Origin: an uncultured Methanospirillum sp.
GTDB taxonomy: Archaea; Halobacteriota; Methanomicrobia; Methanomicrobiales; Methanospirillaceae
Reading direction: 5' to 3'
DNA length: 36,344 nt
Assembly: GCA_964458045.1 (NCBI GenBank)
Contig: CAYWHV010000001.1
Span: forward strand, 1 to 36,344
Part shown: piece by piece, positions 17,421 through 26,655 of the stretch
Layout of the letters: every line of letters begins with the position of its first letter
Numbering within the stretch: the stretch's first letter is position 1
The notes under the pieces: generated by a model
The model's database searches: none
Told to the model about the DNA's origin: nothing
Seen by the model: only the letters and a program-made list of their open reading frames with translations
Position numbers and translations under genes: made by a program

Positions 17421-18434
17421 ATGACAACGAACAAAACATACAAAGCTTTACAGGAAGAGGTCTGGGACACGGGTATATGTAGTGGATGTGGTGCATGTGT
17501 AGCCGTATGCCCGGCAGATTCCCTGTATTTTTCCGATGACCCGGGTATTGTCCGCCCGGCCTCATCAGGATATTGTAAACAGGAGAGCGATCAGGTTCCA
17601 TGTGGTGCATGCTATGAAGTATGCCCGAGAACCAAGCCCGAAAAAGAAGAATTATTAGGGCAGTATCTCTTCAGCACCGGAGCGCGTGCTACCACGGAAA
17701 TATCGCATAAACAGAGTGGAGGAGCGGTAACTGCAATCCTGGCCGATGCTTTCTCGAAAGGTCTCATTGATGGCGTCATCACTGTCACAGAAGACCGCTG
17801 GACTCACAAACCGATATCCATATTGATAACCAGTGCAGGGGAGATGCTTGAACACGCAGGAAGCCGATATAACTGGAGCGTTCCTGTTTTAAAGGCATTA
17901 AAAACGGCAGTAGTTACAAAAAAGTTAAACCGGATTGCAATAGTGGGCACTCCCTGTGTTATGCAGGCTGCCCGGCTTATGAAAGAATCTTCACATGATC
18001 TGGTCAGACCATTCGGGAAAGCAATCCGGTTGCTGATAGGTCTGTTCTGCACAGAAAGTTTCAATTATCATCCTTTGATGGAAGAGATCCTAAAAGGGAA
18101 ACACAATCTTCCTGTATATGAAATTGTCCGGATGGATGTAAAGGGAAAACTGGAACTGACTATGGCGGATGGGAATGTTGTAAACATTTCTCTCAAAGAG
18201 ATAGAACCGGCAATTCGGGAAGGATGTACAGTCTGTAAGGATTTTACAGCCCTGGATGGTGATATTTCAGCTGGAAGCGTTGGTTCTCCGGATGGATGGA
18301 CTACGCTTCTTATTCGAACAAGGGAAGGAGATCAGTTTGTAAAAAGTGCTGTCCAATCAGGAATGCTTGAACTTATGCCGGATATTGATCTGAATGCAGT
18401 GACAAGACTTGCTGAAAAGAAAATTTCTAAATAA
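17421..18434 (+). CDS. FrhB/FdhB-family F420-binding flavoprotein with N-terminal ferredoxin
   Basis: CSGCGACVAVCP and CGACYEVCP Fe-S motifs, with the FrhB motifs QSGGAVTAIL, AGSRY, VGTPC, IGLFCTESF, GCTVCKDF..DISAGSVGS..GWT. ATG 17421 lies 4 bp after GltB3. Confidence 0.9.
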   Translation: MTTNKTYKALQEEVWDTGICSGCGACVAVCPADSLYFSDDPGIVRPASSGYCKQESDQVPCGACYEVCPRTKPEKEELLGQYLFSTGARATTEISHKQSGGAVTAILADAFSKGLIDGVITVTEDRWTHKPISILITSAGEMLEHAGSRYNWSVPVLKALKTAVVTKKLNRIAIVGTPCVMQAARLMKESSHDLVRPFGKAIRLLIGLFCTESFNYHPLMEEILKGKHNLPVYEIVRMDVKGKLELTMADGNVVNISLKEIEPAIREGCTVCKDFTALDGDISAGSVGSPDGWTTLLIRTREGDQFVKSAVQSGMLELMPDIDLNAVTRLAEKKISK

Positions 18435-18441
18435 TTTTTTT
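18435..18441 (+). terminator. Oligo-T terminator-like tract after the glt operon
   Basis: T7 run immediately after the stop codon of the FrhB-like gene. Confidence 0.45.
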
Positions 18442-18504
18442 CACTTTCTCCGGATACTATTTATCTCTCTATTGTGAATATAGAAGGAGATTATCTGATT
18501 TGCA

Positions 18505-19518
18505 ATGGATGATAACACTTCTGAAGACCTTCCTCCTCATAGTAGACTATCCGCAGGGTGTAAACTCTGTTATGAAGGAGCAAAATTAGTTCTTTTCCTC
18601 ACCGGATTATGCCATCGTGACTGCTGGTATTGTCCGCTTTCACAGGAACGAAAAAACCGGGATGTCATTTATGCGAATGAACATCAGGTTTCTTCTCCTG
18701 ATGAAATGCTCCGGGTAGCACATCGAATGTCGGCTCTTGGAACAGGTATTACCGGAGGAGAACCATTCTTTTTTCCGGACCGGCTGATTGAATATGCGAA
18801 AGCGTTGAAAACGGAATTTGGTCCTGAACACCATATCCATCTATACACCGGGATGGCTCCGGATGAGCAGATTATTCGCTCGATAACCGGTCTTGTCGAT
18901 GAAATCAGGTTCCATCCTCCTGGGGAGGTATGGAAGAATCTGAAAGACACTCCCTTTCATGACAGTATACAGTGTGCAAAAAAGGCAGGCCTGGATGTCG
19001 GAATTGAAGTACCCTCTCTTCCCAATATTGACGAACTGGAAGAATATCTGCCCTACATTGATTTTCTCAATATCAATGAATTGGAATGGGGAGATTTCAA
19101 TGCTGATGAGATGCGAAGCCGGGGGTACCTGCTCAGGGGAGATGTCTCAAATGCGGTCCAGGGCGGATGGGAAAGTTCGAAAAATATTGCAGATCTTCCC
19201 AATGTTCACTGGTGTTCGTCTGATTTTAAAGACAGGGTCCAGCTCAGAATGAGACTTCGAAGGATAGCTGCAAATACTGCCCGAGAATTTGATGAAATTA
19301 CCGATGATGGCACACTTATTTACGGGGTCTGGGAATGTGACGGCCAGCATGAATCAATGCCTGAGGATCTGGATAACAATCTGTTTGAACGATTCGATGA
19401 CCGGATCGAAACCGGCTGGTGGATATTGGAAGAGATTGCTGATGAGATAACAGGTCCGGCATATTATGTTGAACGGTATCCCGATGATGGCATTATTATT
19501 GAGGTGACACCGGTATGA
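18505..19518 (+). CDS. Radical SAM protein (COG2108-like, function unknown)
   Basis: CHRDCWYC (CX3CX2C), ITGGEP, HLYT, DEIRFHP and an additional GCKLC motif. Confidence 0.9.
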   Translation: MDDNTSEDLPPHSRLSAGCKLCYEGAKLVLFLTGLCHRDCWYCPLSQERKNRDVIYANEHQVSSPDEMLRVAHRMSALGTGITGGEPFFFPDRLIEYAKALKTEFGPEHHIHLYTGMAPDEQIIRSITGLVDEIRFHPPGEVWKNLKDTPFHDSIQCAKKAGLDVGIEVPSLPNIDELEEYLPYIDFLNINELEWGDFNADEMRSRGYLLRGDVSNAVQGGWESSKNIADLPNVHWCSSDFKDRVQLRMRLRRIAANTAREFDEITDDGTLIYGVWECDGQHESMPEDLDNNLFERFDDRIETGWWILEEIADEITGPAYYVERYPDDGIIIEVTPV

Positions 19519-20291
19519 TTCGTAAATGTATCGAGCATATCTATGAATACCTTATATCCAGACAATGCATGCATATTCCCCGGCATATTGCAATAATTCA
19601 GGATGGGAATCGCCGGTATGCAAAAAAACGTGGTCTTGCTACATCTTCAGGACATCGCGCAGGAGCTGATCGGACTGAGGAGGTTCTGGAATGGGCACAG
19701 GAACTTGGCATCCGACATATTACCCTGTATACATTTTCAACTGAAAATTTCAGCAGATCAGATGAAGAAGTCCAGAACCTCTTCACCCTGTTCAAGGAAA
19801 AATTAAGTCGCATCAGTATTGATGAGCGCGTCCATAAATATGGCATCAGAATCCAGATGATTGGTGATCGGGATATGCTTCCAGATGACCTCCGTGGTGC
19901 AGTAGAGCAGGCAGAAGCAGCGACTGCCCATTATGATAATTTTTATCTGAACATGGCTCTGGCTTATGGCGGACGAAATGAGATGCTTCGGACAACTGCC
20001 AAAATACTGGATGATGTGAGGAAGAAGAAGATTACCCGGGATGACATCACCCCGGAACTCTTTGAGGAAAACCTCTATGGAAGCACTGTTTCACTCCCAC
20101 CGGTAGATCTTATCATACGTACCGGGAATGAGTGTAGGACCTCCAACTTTCTTCCATGGCTTGCAAACGGCCATGAATCAGCAGTATACTTCTGTGCTCC
20201 CTATTGGCCGATGTTTCGGAAACTTGACATGCTTCGAGCAATCAGGGTATATTCTGAACGCCAGGAAATGAAAAAAAAGTCTGCGTGCTAA
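19515..20291 (+). CDS. uppS: cis-prenyltransferase (polyprenyl diphosphate synthase), catalytic subunit
   Basis: HIAIIQDGNRRYA, YTFSTENFSRS..EV, AYGGRNE, DLIIRT...RTSNFLPW. ATGA overlap with the radical SAM gene. Confidence 0.95.
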   Translation: MIRKCIEHIYEYLISRQCMHIPRHIAIIQDGNRRYAKKRGLATSSGHRAGADRTEEVLEWAQELGIRHITLYTFSTENFSRSDEEVQNLFTLFKEKLSRISIDERVHKYGIRIQMIGDRDMLPDDLRGAVEQAEAATAHYDNFYLNMALAYGGRNEMLRTTAKILDDVRKKKITRDDITPELFEENLYGSTVSLPPVDLIIRTGNECRTSNFLPWLANGHESAVYFCAPYWPMFRKLDMLRAIRVYSERQEMKKKSAC

Positions 20292-20293
20292 TA

Positions 20294-20920
20294 TCAGGTA
20301 CCAAACCTGCGGTTTCGTGACTGGTAATCCCTGAACGCGCGAATAAGATCAATTTTCCTAATTTTTTCCCAGTTCAGGTCCAGGAAAAAGAGTTCTGAAT
20401 AGACCGATTGCCAGATTAGAAAATCAACCAAATGCGCCCCTCCTGTTTTAAAAACACAATCCGGGGTATGGGAAAAAGTCAGATATTTTTCCAAAACTTC
20501 TGTTGTAACCTCTTCCGGAGTAACATTATTATCTGCCATCGCCTGTATCGCATCAGAAATCTCTTCCCGTCCGGATTTTCCAATGGCGATGGTAACTGGA
20601 ATGCCGGTTCCGAATGTTTCAGATGTATCATCGTAATGCAGATGAACCGTAGCGAGATCCGATAAATCATATATTTTTGAGATATATTGGGGCTCTCGAG
20701 ATGGGCAGAGGGTGCTGATATGGATAATAATCTCTGAAATTCCGATACACTGTGGATTTTTCTTTCGGATCTTTTCTGATATCTCAAAACACCATGAAAT
20801 GATGCGCCGTATATGTCCCGGGTCATACTCCATTTCAGCATCGGATATCATAAAGCAGATAACCTGAGGAATACTATCAAGATTGCGAAGAAGGTGCCAT
20901 TCGTATATTTGGTAAATCAT
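20294..20920 (-). CDS. Divergent UppS-family protein (probable non-catalytic partner subunit)
   Basis: Retains the C-terminal cis-PT elements (GKSGREEI, PDCVFKTG, DFLIWQSVYSELFF, RRFG) but lacks the N-terminal DGNRR catalytic motif. Confidence 0.85.
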   Translation of the reverse strand: MIYQIYEWHLLRNLDSIPQVICFMISDAEMEYDPGHIRRIISWCFEISEKIRKKNPQCIGISEIIIHISTLCPSREPQYISKIYDLSDLATVHLHYDDTSETFGTGIPVTIAIGKSGREEISDAIQAMADNNVTPEEVTTEVLEKYLTFSHTPDCVFKTGGAHLVDFLIWQSVYSELFFLDLNWEKIRKIDLIRAFRDYQSRNRRFGT

Positions 20921-21159
20921 AGTATCCTCAAAACGGTAGTAGGCAGGACAAACATATGCAATATCTTCTGAAATTTTGGAAATCTCTTATTATACTCCGG
21001 TATACTCAAAGAATTACACATTTCCTTTCAGAATAAGTGGCCTTATAACTTCTTTATGATAACTATAAAAGGATTCGATATGATAATGGTAGAACGTGTA
21101 CGAAAACCCGGAAGATATCATTGGGTTAATATGATAGCAAAACCATTTTTTAAACACTG

Positions 21160-21864
21160 ATGTACAAGTATCTGACTGGCATCGATATAATAGATCAGAA
21201 GGGAGGCGTTAATCCAGGAACGAATATCCTGGTTCTGGCACCATCATTCAGTGATGGGGAGCTGGTTGCATCATTTCTGGCTATGCCCAGAAAGAAAGAG
21301 TACATGATTGTTCTTGCAACAGAAACCCAGTCTGAAGATCTCGTTGACTTCTTTTCCGGAAACGGATTTGATACCAATTATATCGGGATTATTGATGCTA
21401 TCACCCGGACGTCATTTACCGCCATTGAAGATACGCAGAAGATAAAATATGTCGGTAGCCCGAGCGATCTCACCGGTATGGATATTAAATTTTCTCAATT
21501 AACTGAAGAGATCATGAAAGGGGACTTTACTGATGATCCTGACCAGTTATTTCCAACCCCTATCAGGTATTGTATTCTCTCCCTGACTTCAATGCTGATG
21601 TTCCGGAAAATTGATATCATCTATCAGTTCCTCCATGTTGTAACATCGAAGCTTCGGAAGATGGGTTCTATTGGAGTTTTCTTAATAAATAACGAATCGT
21701 TTGACCAGAAGAGTGTGGCAATCGTCAAACAACTCATGAATATTGTTGTAGAAATTCAGAATAATGATGAGGGTAAGAAAATCCGGCTCCAGGGGAGTAT
21801 GGGCCTTTCCATGAACTGGAGTCATTTCTCATTTGAAGATGGGAAATTAATCATTACACCCTAA
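21160..21864 (+). CDS. RecA/KaiC (RAD55)-fold protein with degenerate Walker motifs
   Basis: [19 protein letters not shown] start typical of KaiC/RAD55, plus SPSDLTG and [10 protein letters not shown]. The P-loop reads LAPSFSDGE and has no GKT. Confidence 0.7.
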   Translation: MYKYLTGIDIIDQKGGVNPGTNILVLAPSFSDGELVASFLAMPRKKEYMIVLATETQSEDLVDFFSGNGFDTNYIGIIDAITRTSFTAIEDTQKIKYVGSPSDLTGMDIKFSQLTEEIMKGDFTDDPDQLFPTPIRYCILSLTSMLMFRKIDIIYQFLHVVTSKLRKMGSIGVFLINNESFDQKSVAIVKQLMNIVVEIQNNDEGKKIRLQGSMGLSMNWSHFSFEDGKLIITP

Positions 21865-21869
21865 AAATC

Positions 21870-22628
21870 ATGCTAATTTTTGTAGGTCTTGGTCTGTATG
21901 ACCTTGATGATATTTCAATAAAAGGATTAAAGGCTATAAAAGAAGCAGATGCAGTCTTCCTTGAGTCATACACATCTGTTCTCACCGGCACTACCCCTGA
22001 CCTGATGCGCGAACGATATGGAAAAGACCTGACTGTTCTGAAACGTCAGGATGTTGAGCAGGCACCTGAACCGATACTGGCAGCAGCAAAGCAGGGTGTT
22101 GCAGTATTTCTCACCGGCGGGGATCCGATGGTCTCAACCACTCATGCCGATCTTCGTATCAGGGCAAAGGAACAGGGTATAGAGACAAAGATAATTCACG
22201 GCCCTTCTATCGTAAGTGCGGTCTGCGGCCTTACCGGGCTTCAGAATTACCGGTTTGGAAAGTCTTGTTCAATACCATACCCGACCCATAACTGGTTCCC
22301 AAAAACTCCTCTTGATACTATCCTTGCGAATCTGAAACAGAACCTTCATACGATTGTATACCTGGATATTCAGGAAAACCGGTACATGTCAGTCCATGAG
22401 GGTATTGATCTTCTGGAAAAACTTATGGAAGGATCATCTGATTCTATTCCTTTGTACGTAGGAGTTGCGAGGGCCGGGTCTGATACACCGGTAGTTGCAG
22501 CAGGGACAGGAGAAAGACTTAAGTCTGTGGATTTTGGCCTGCCTCTCCATATCCTGGTAGTACCGGCCAGTCTGCATGAGATTGAAGAAGAGTATCTGAA
22601 GAACTTTGCCGGATATGCTCCTCAGTGA
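21870..22628 (+). CDS. dph5: Diphthine synthase
   Basis: [39 protein letters not shown] and FGLPLH motifs. Confidence 0.96.
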   Translation: MLIFVGLGLYDLDDISIKGLKAIKEADAVFLESYTSVLTGTTPDLMRERYGKDLTVLKRQDVEQAPEPILAAAKQGVAVFLTGGDPMVSTTHADLRIRAKEQGIETKIIHGPSIVSAVCGLTGLQNYRFGKSCSIPYPTHNWFPKTPLDTILANLKQNLHTIVYLDIQENRYMSVHEGIDLLEKLMEGSSDSIPLYVGVARAGSDTPVVAAGTGERLKSVDFGLPLHILVVPASLHEIEEEYLKNFAGYAPQ

Positions 22629-23190
22629 TTATTACTTTTTATTGGAGGAGTCTCTTCATGGCATTACTCTTTTCAATCCAAAAGGGTCTCCATATCAGGC
22701 ACTCGGAACTGAAATTCTTGAGATGGTAATCTCCTATCTTCAGGATTCTGAATTTTTTCAAAAAAATTACGACATCGTCAATCAATATGCATCATTAGGA
22801 TATGCACATGGATGGCTTTCAGCCGGATCATACCTGGGACTTTATGAAAAATCCGTGCCAGCTATCGAATTTTCAGATGTACTATTTCCCGACCAGTATA
22901 AGAAAGATCATCTGCATGAGAAGACCGGGCGGTACCATATGATGCTTAAAGATGCAATCCGGTCTGTATCCCCATTTCCTGGTACGGGATCTCCTTTGGC
23001 TTTGGCAGCAGAGATATCTCTGAATGAGGTAAATGATTCCTTTTTAAGGGCTGAAGAATTTATGAAGGACAATCAGTATATTCCTGCCCTCGGATACCTT
23101 TGTTATGGATATGGCTGGCTGGATACCGCTGTCCGGGCCGGACTCTTTCAGGTTCATGCCAATTTCAATCTCTTCACAACAGAATTTTAA
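22615..23190 (+). CDS. DUF357-like protein (two tandem copies)
   Basis: Two repeats ending [11 protein letters not shown] and [11 protein letters not shown]. Overlaps the dph5 3' end. ATG 22615 chosen. Confidence 0.75.
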   Translation: MLLSDYYFLLEESLHGITLFNPKGSPYQALGTEILEMVISYLQDSEFFQKNYDIVNQYASLGYAHGWLSAGSYLGLYEKSVPAIEFSDVLFPDQYKKDHLHEKTGRYHMMLKDAIRSVSPFPGTGSPLALAAEISLNEVNDSFLRAEEFMKDNQYIPALGYLCYGYGWLDTAVRAGLFQVHANFNLFTTEF

Positions 23191-23480
23191 TGACGCCTTG
23201 ACTGTAATTCGTCCCACACCGACTGGAGAGGGACACCCGATCCTTTCAGAGCAAGCATGAGATGAAACAAAACATCTGCAGCCTCTTCAGATATCCTGCT
23301 TTTTTCACCGTTTTTTACGGCAATGATAAATTCAGTGCACTCTTCACCAACCTTTTCAAGAGATTTATCAATTCCCTTCCGGTGGGTAAGAATTTTCGAG
23401 GTATATGATTCTTCAGATGGATGAGCAGCCCGATCTTCAATGACCCCCCAGATCTCATCAAGGATTTCTGCTCTTTTCAA
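23187..23480 (-). CDS. hisE: Phosphoribosyl-ATP pyrophosphatase
   Basis: SYT.KIL...KVGEE..E..IA...EEAADVLFHL motif. TTG start overlaps the nusA stop. Confidence 0.95.
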   Translation of the reverse strand: MKRAEILDEIWGVIEDRAAHPSEESYTSKILTHRKGIDKSLEKVGEECTEFIIAVKNGEKSRISEEAADVLFHLMLALKGSGVPLQSVWDELQSRRH

Positions 23481-23920
23481 GCTGCACCTTCTTCTGGAAA
23501 AACTTCCCCGATTTCATATCCATGAAACCGACGGATGAGAATTCGTGCTTTTTCAATAGTACAGCCTCCTTTGCCAATCGCAATACCTACATCATTTTTA
23601 TCTGAAACGTAGATATTCATCTTCTTTGACTGGTCATCACAGGCAAACCTGAGCACCTGAGCAGGTTTGAAAATATTAGCCAGAAACTCATGCAGGTCTT
23701 CTGCATACTCCACCATCTCAACTTTTCTTCCGGTCACTCCCTGAAGACGCCGGATATTATCGCCCTTTTTCCCGATGGCATATCCCATGTCGCCGGCTTT
23801 AATAACATAAATGATACGATCAAATTTTTCGTCAATTAAACAATCAAGTGCTGTTGATTTTGTGAGAATTCTAAGCTCTTCAATATATCTTCGTTCTTTA
23901 AATCCAAGATTTCGTTCCAT
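23477..23920 (-). CDS. nusA: Archaeal NusA-like KH-domain protein
   Basis: Two KH GxxG motifs (AIGKKGDNI, AIGKGGCTI) and the DC.IDE..DRII pattern of archaeal NusA. Confidence 0.88.
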   Translation of the reverse strand: MERNLGFKERRYIEELRILTKSTALDCLIDEKFDRIIYVIKAGDMGYAIGKKGDNIRRLQGVTGRKVEMVEYAEDLHEFLANIFKPAQVLRFACDDQSKKMNIYVSDKNDVGIAIGKGGCTIEKARILIRRFHGYEIGEVFPEEGAA

Positions 23921-24180
23921 ATGTGATTCAGACTCCGTATTCGCAATCTAATGATATCCGATGGTAATCCAGCAGAGAGGTGAGTATAAAGGTGATACAT
24001 ATAGTCTTCAAATAAAACTGAATATGAAATTTTTTGAGCCATCTCTTTGATAGAAAACCGTGGAAATATTACCGGTTTAATTAATTAAAGGTTATGGTAA
24101 AAAAGATGTCGATATCCTGGGTTAGTATGGGGTATATGAGGGATACGAAAGAAAACGCATAAAATCTACCTATGAAACGA

Positions 24181-24591
24181 TTAACAGGTAGCAAGCATCC
24201 TCTGAGTTTCTCCCAGGATTGATGGATATCTGATTGTACTGCTCATTGGAAGCCGGGCAACGGGAGCATAGGAAGAACGTCTGCACATCAAAGATTTCAA
24301 AGAATCAAGCGATACAGTATAACGGTTTCCATCCATCAGTTCAATATTCACTGCTTTCCCGGAATATGACAAATATGCAAGTCCTGCGGTAGTACTCACA
24401 TATTGTTTCCAATTTATTCTCAACTGAAACGTCCGTGCAGATATTTTTCCCCGGACTGCACGTTTTAAATCTTCAAGTACAATCCCGAAACGTTTTCCGT
24501 CAATGACCAGTTCCATGATCTCAGTGGGAAGACCTTCTTCATCAATGGTAACCGTTTTTGCTTTTTGCATGTATCCTGCTTTTTCGAGCAT
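24181..24591 (-). CDS. Hypothetical protein with internal duplication
   Basis: Open frame of about 136 aa. A GGGTGA SD precedes ATG 24591, and a TTTAAA box lies upstream (~24633). Confidence 0.6.
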   Translation of the reverse strand: MLEKAGYMQKAKTVTIDEEGLPTEIMELVIDGKRFGIVLEDLKRAVRGKISARTFQLRINWKQYVSTTAGLAYLSYSGKAVNIELMDGNRYTVSLDSLKSLMCRRSSYAPVARLPMSSTIRYPSILGETQRMLATC

Positions 24592-24775
24592 TATTATCAC
24601 CCAGTTGATAATAGAGGGTCAGCAGTACCCTATTTAAATCTTTAAAAAGCAGGGTGAAAGTGAAAAACAATTTATTATGAATATAGAATAAAATTATGTG
24701 TGGGTTTCAATTTTAATTTATTTAAAAAATATTGCTTGAAATTTTTTTCGTTCACTTTCAGAAATGAGACATTTT

Positions 24776-25618
24776 TTAGTGACTGTTGACCTGTGGTTCG
24801 ATCATTGGAAGGTATGATCTGGCAAGATTTTCAAGTTCTTCCATCTCAAGTGGTATAGGAATTACGAAATCTGTATTTGTCATGATTTCAGCAGCAAGGG
24901 ACTGATAGGTTGCAGAGAGAGGTGAATCTGGGGCATATTCAATAACCGTCTGTTTATTCAGTTCAGCATGCTGGACCAGGCCACTCCGGGGTATATACGC
25001 GATTATCTTCGATCCGACTTTCGATGCAAATTCTGATACAAGTTTCTCTTCATCAGGAAGATTCCGGCTGTTACAGATAACTCCCCCAAGCCTGCAGACC
25101 TGCCTGACATTCTGAGCAATGCGGGAAATTGCTTTACAGATGTTATTTGCAGCATACAGTGACATGAGTTCTCCGGAGGTGACAAGATATATCTCCTGAG
25201 CATATCCTTTCCGCATGGGCATGGCAAAACCGCCACAGACAACATCGCCCAGGACATCATACAGGATAACATCCTCGTCAAATGCAGAGAGCCGTTCCAG
25301 AAGCTGGAAGGTTGCAATTATTCCTCTGCCAGCACAGCCGACTCCTGGATCCGGACCTCCGGCTTCTACACATCGAACACCGCCATATCCGGTAAAAACC
25401 ACATCTTTAAGCGTGAGGTTCTCTTCACCTCGTTCACGGATAAGATCCAGAACGGTTGGGATGAGAACACCTTTCATGAGCATTCGTGTACTGTCTCGTT
25501 TCGGGTCACACCCGATCTGCATGACCGAAAGACCACGGTTTACCAGTGCTGCTGAAAGATTTACTGATGTGGTGGATTTGCCGATACCTCCCTTGCCATA
25601 GAGAGCGATCTGTTTCAT
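24776..25618 (-). CDS. cfbC: NifH-like ATP-dependent reductase, most likely CfbC (F430 biosynthesis)
   Basis: [26 protein letters not shown] and [14 protein letters not shown] motifs. There is no nifDK/nifI context, which favours the group IV CfbC/NflH type. Confidence 0.78.
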   Translation of the reverse strand: MKQIALYGKGGIGKSTTSVNLSAALVNRGLSVMQIGCDPKRDSTRMLMKGVLIPTVLDLIRERGEENLTLKDVVFTGYGGVRCVEAGGPDPGVGCAGRGIIATFQLLERLSAFDEDVILYDVLGDVVCGGFAMPMRKGYAQEIYLVTSGELMSLYAANNICKAISRIAQNVRQVCRLGGVICNSRNLPDEEKLVSEFASKVGSKIIAYIPRSGLVQHAELNKQTVIEYAPDSPLSATYQSLAAEIMTNTDFVIPIPLEMEELENLARSYLPMIEPQVNSH

Positions 25619-25658
25619 CCCTATTCAGTAATGATGCTGATTATTTGAGGTATCCGGT

Positions 25659-26630
25659 TTATTGATCCACGTGATTGGATAATGCAATTCTTCCATTGAT
25701 TATCTGCCAGGAGAGCATCAGTCTGACAAGGTCGGTTCCGGTGATATGTTCCTGATCTCTGAAAATATTAATGGGTGATACACCGGTCTGGAATTCTATC
25801 TGACGTTCTATTTTGTGTATCGTGTCTGGCATCAGTTCTCCATCGACAACAAGAGCACGCATCATACGCGAGTCGGGTGAGTGAGATATGCAGGATAATG
25901 AGAAATCATGGGATGATTTTTTGAACAGATCACACAGGTCGATATTCAGTTCGATATCTTCAAAGCAGTATTCCTGTGCAGGCATTGAGAGCATAACCCG
26001 GTAAACGTTTCTTTTCTCTCCCTCTTCCTTCCCATATGATGAATACTGTATCTGGATGACAGCATCAGCCACTTTTCTTTGAGGAAAAACGTATTGATAA
26101 TAATCCGGTTCACGCAGAAGAATTTCCTGAAGAACATCATCTTTATTATAATTCCGTTTGTTCATGTCCCGCCTGATCTTCCAGTCATATTTGACATCTC
26201 GTTCCGGATCCACAAAAATGGTGTAATCATAGAGCGCGCGAAGTGCTTTCGTAGCGTATGGATGCAGCCCTTCAATTATGATGAATTTTGTCGGAGTAAA
26301 TGGTTCAGGCTCGCCAAATGTTCCATGATCATGCTGGTAGACAGGTTTTTGTATCGCTTTTCCTGCCTTCAGATCTGTCAGGTTTTCTTCGAGCAGTTTC
26401 AGATTATTTGCAGAATGTAACAGGGGTGTAATCCCCATTTCATTCCGGGTTTTCCTGTCATAGAGATGGTAATCATCAACGGTGATTGAAGAGACCAGTT
26501 CATCACCGAATATATCTGATATTGCCTTTGTAAATGTTGACTTTCCTGAACCGGAATCTCCTGCAACTCCTATCAGATAGACCTGTGGAGAATGTCGAAT
26601 GACTTCACGGAAATTCTCAGGTTTTTTCAT
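25659..26630 (-). CDS. prk: Phosphoribulokinase (archaeal type)
   Basis: GVAGDSGSGKST, DDYHLYDR, EGLHP, WKIRRD..R and YVFPQR..AD, the PRK/uridine-kinase family signature with PRK-type residues. Confidence 0.88.
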   Translation of the reverse strand: MKKPENFREVIRHSPQVYLIGVAGDSGSGKSTFTKAISDIFGDELVSSITVDDYHLYDRKTRNEMGITPLLHSANNLKLLEENLTDLKAGKAIQKPVYQHDHGTFGEPEPFTPTKFIIIEGLHPYATKALRALYDYTIFVDPERDVKYDWKIRRDMNKRNYNKDDVLQEILLREPDYYQYVFPQRKVADAVIQIQYSSYGKEEGEKRNVYRVMLSMPAQEYCFEDIELNIDLCDLFKKSSHDFSLSCISHSPDSRMMRALVVDGELMPDTIHKIERQIEFQTGVSPINIFRDQEHITGTDLVRLMLSWQIINGRIALSNHVDQ

Positions 26631-26655
26631 AATCTATTATCTGTTTTACACATAC

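Noticed and set aside
23836-24042. 68-aa ORF upstream of nusA
   Set aside because: It overlaps nusA by 85 bp out of frame and has no recognisable features.
24076-24089. Perfect palindrome TTTAATTAATTAAA
   Set aside because: It is a low-complexity AT-only sequence, expected by chance in an AT-rich spacer.
24776-25618. True nitrogenase iron protein (nifH) indicating N2 fixation
   Set aside because: No nifI1/I2, nifD/K or nifE/N is adjacent. Methanogens universally carry a NifH-like CfbC, which is the simpler explanation.
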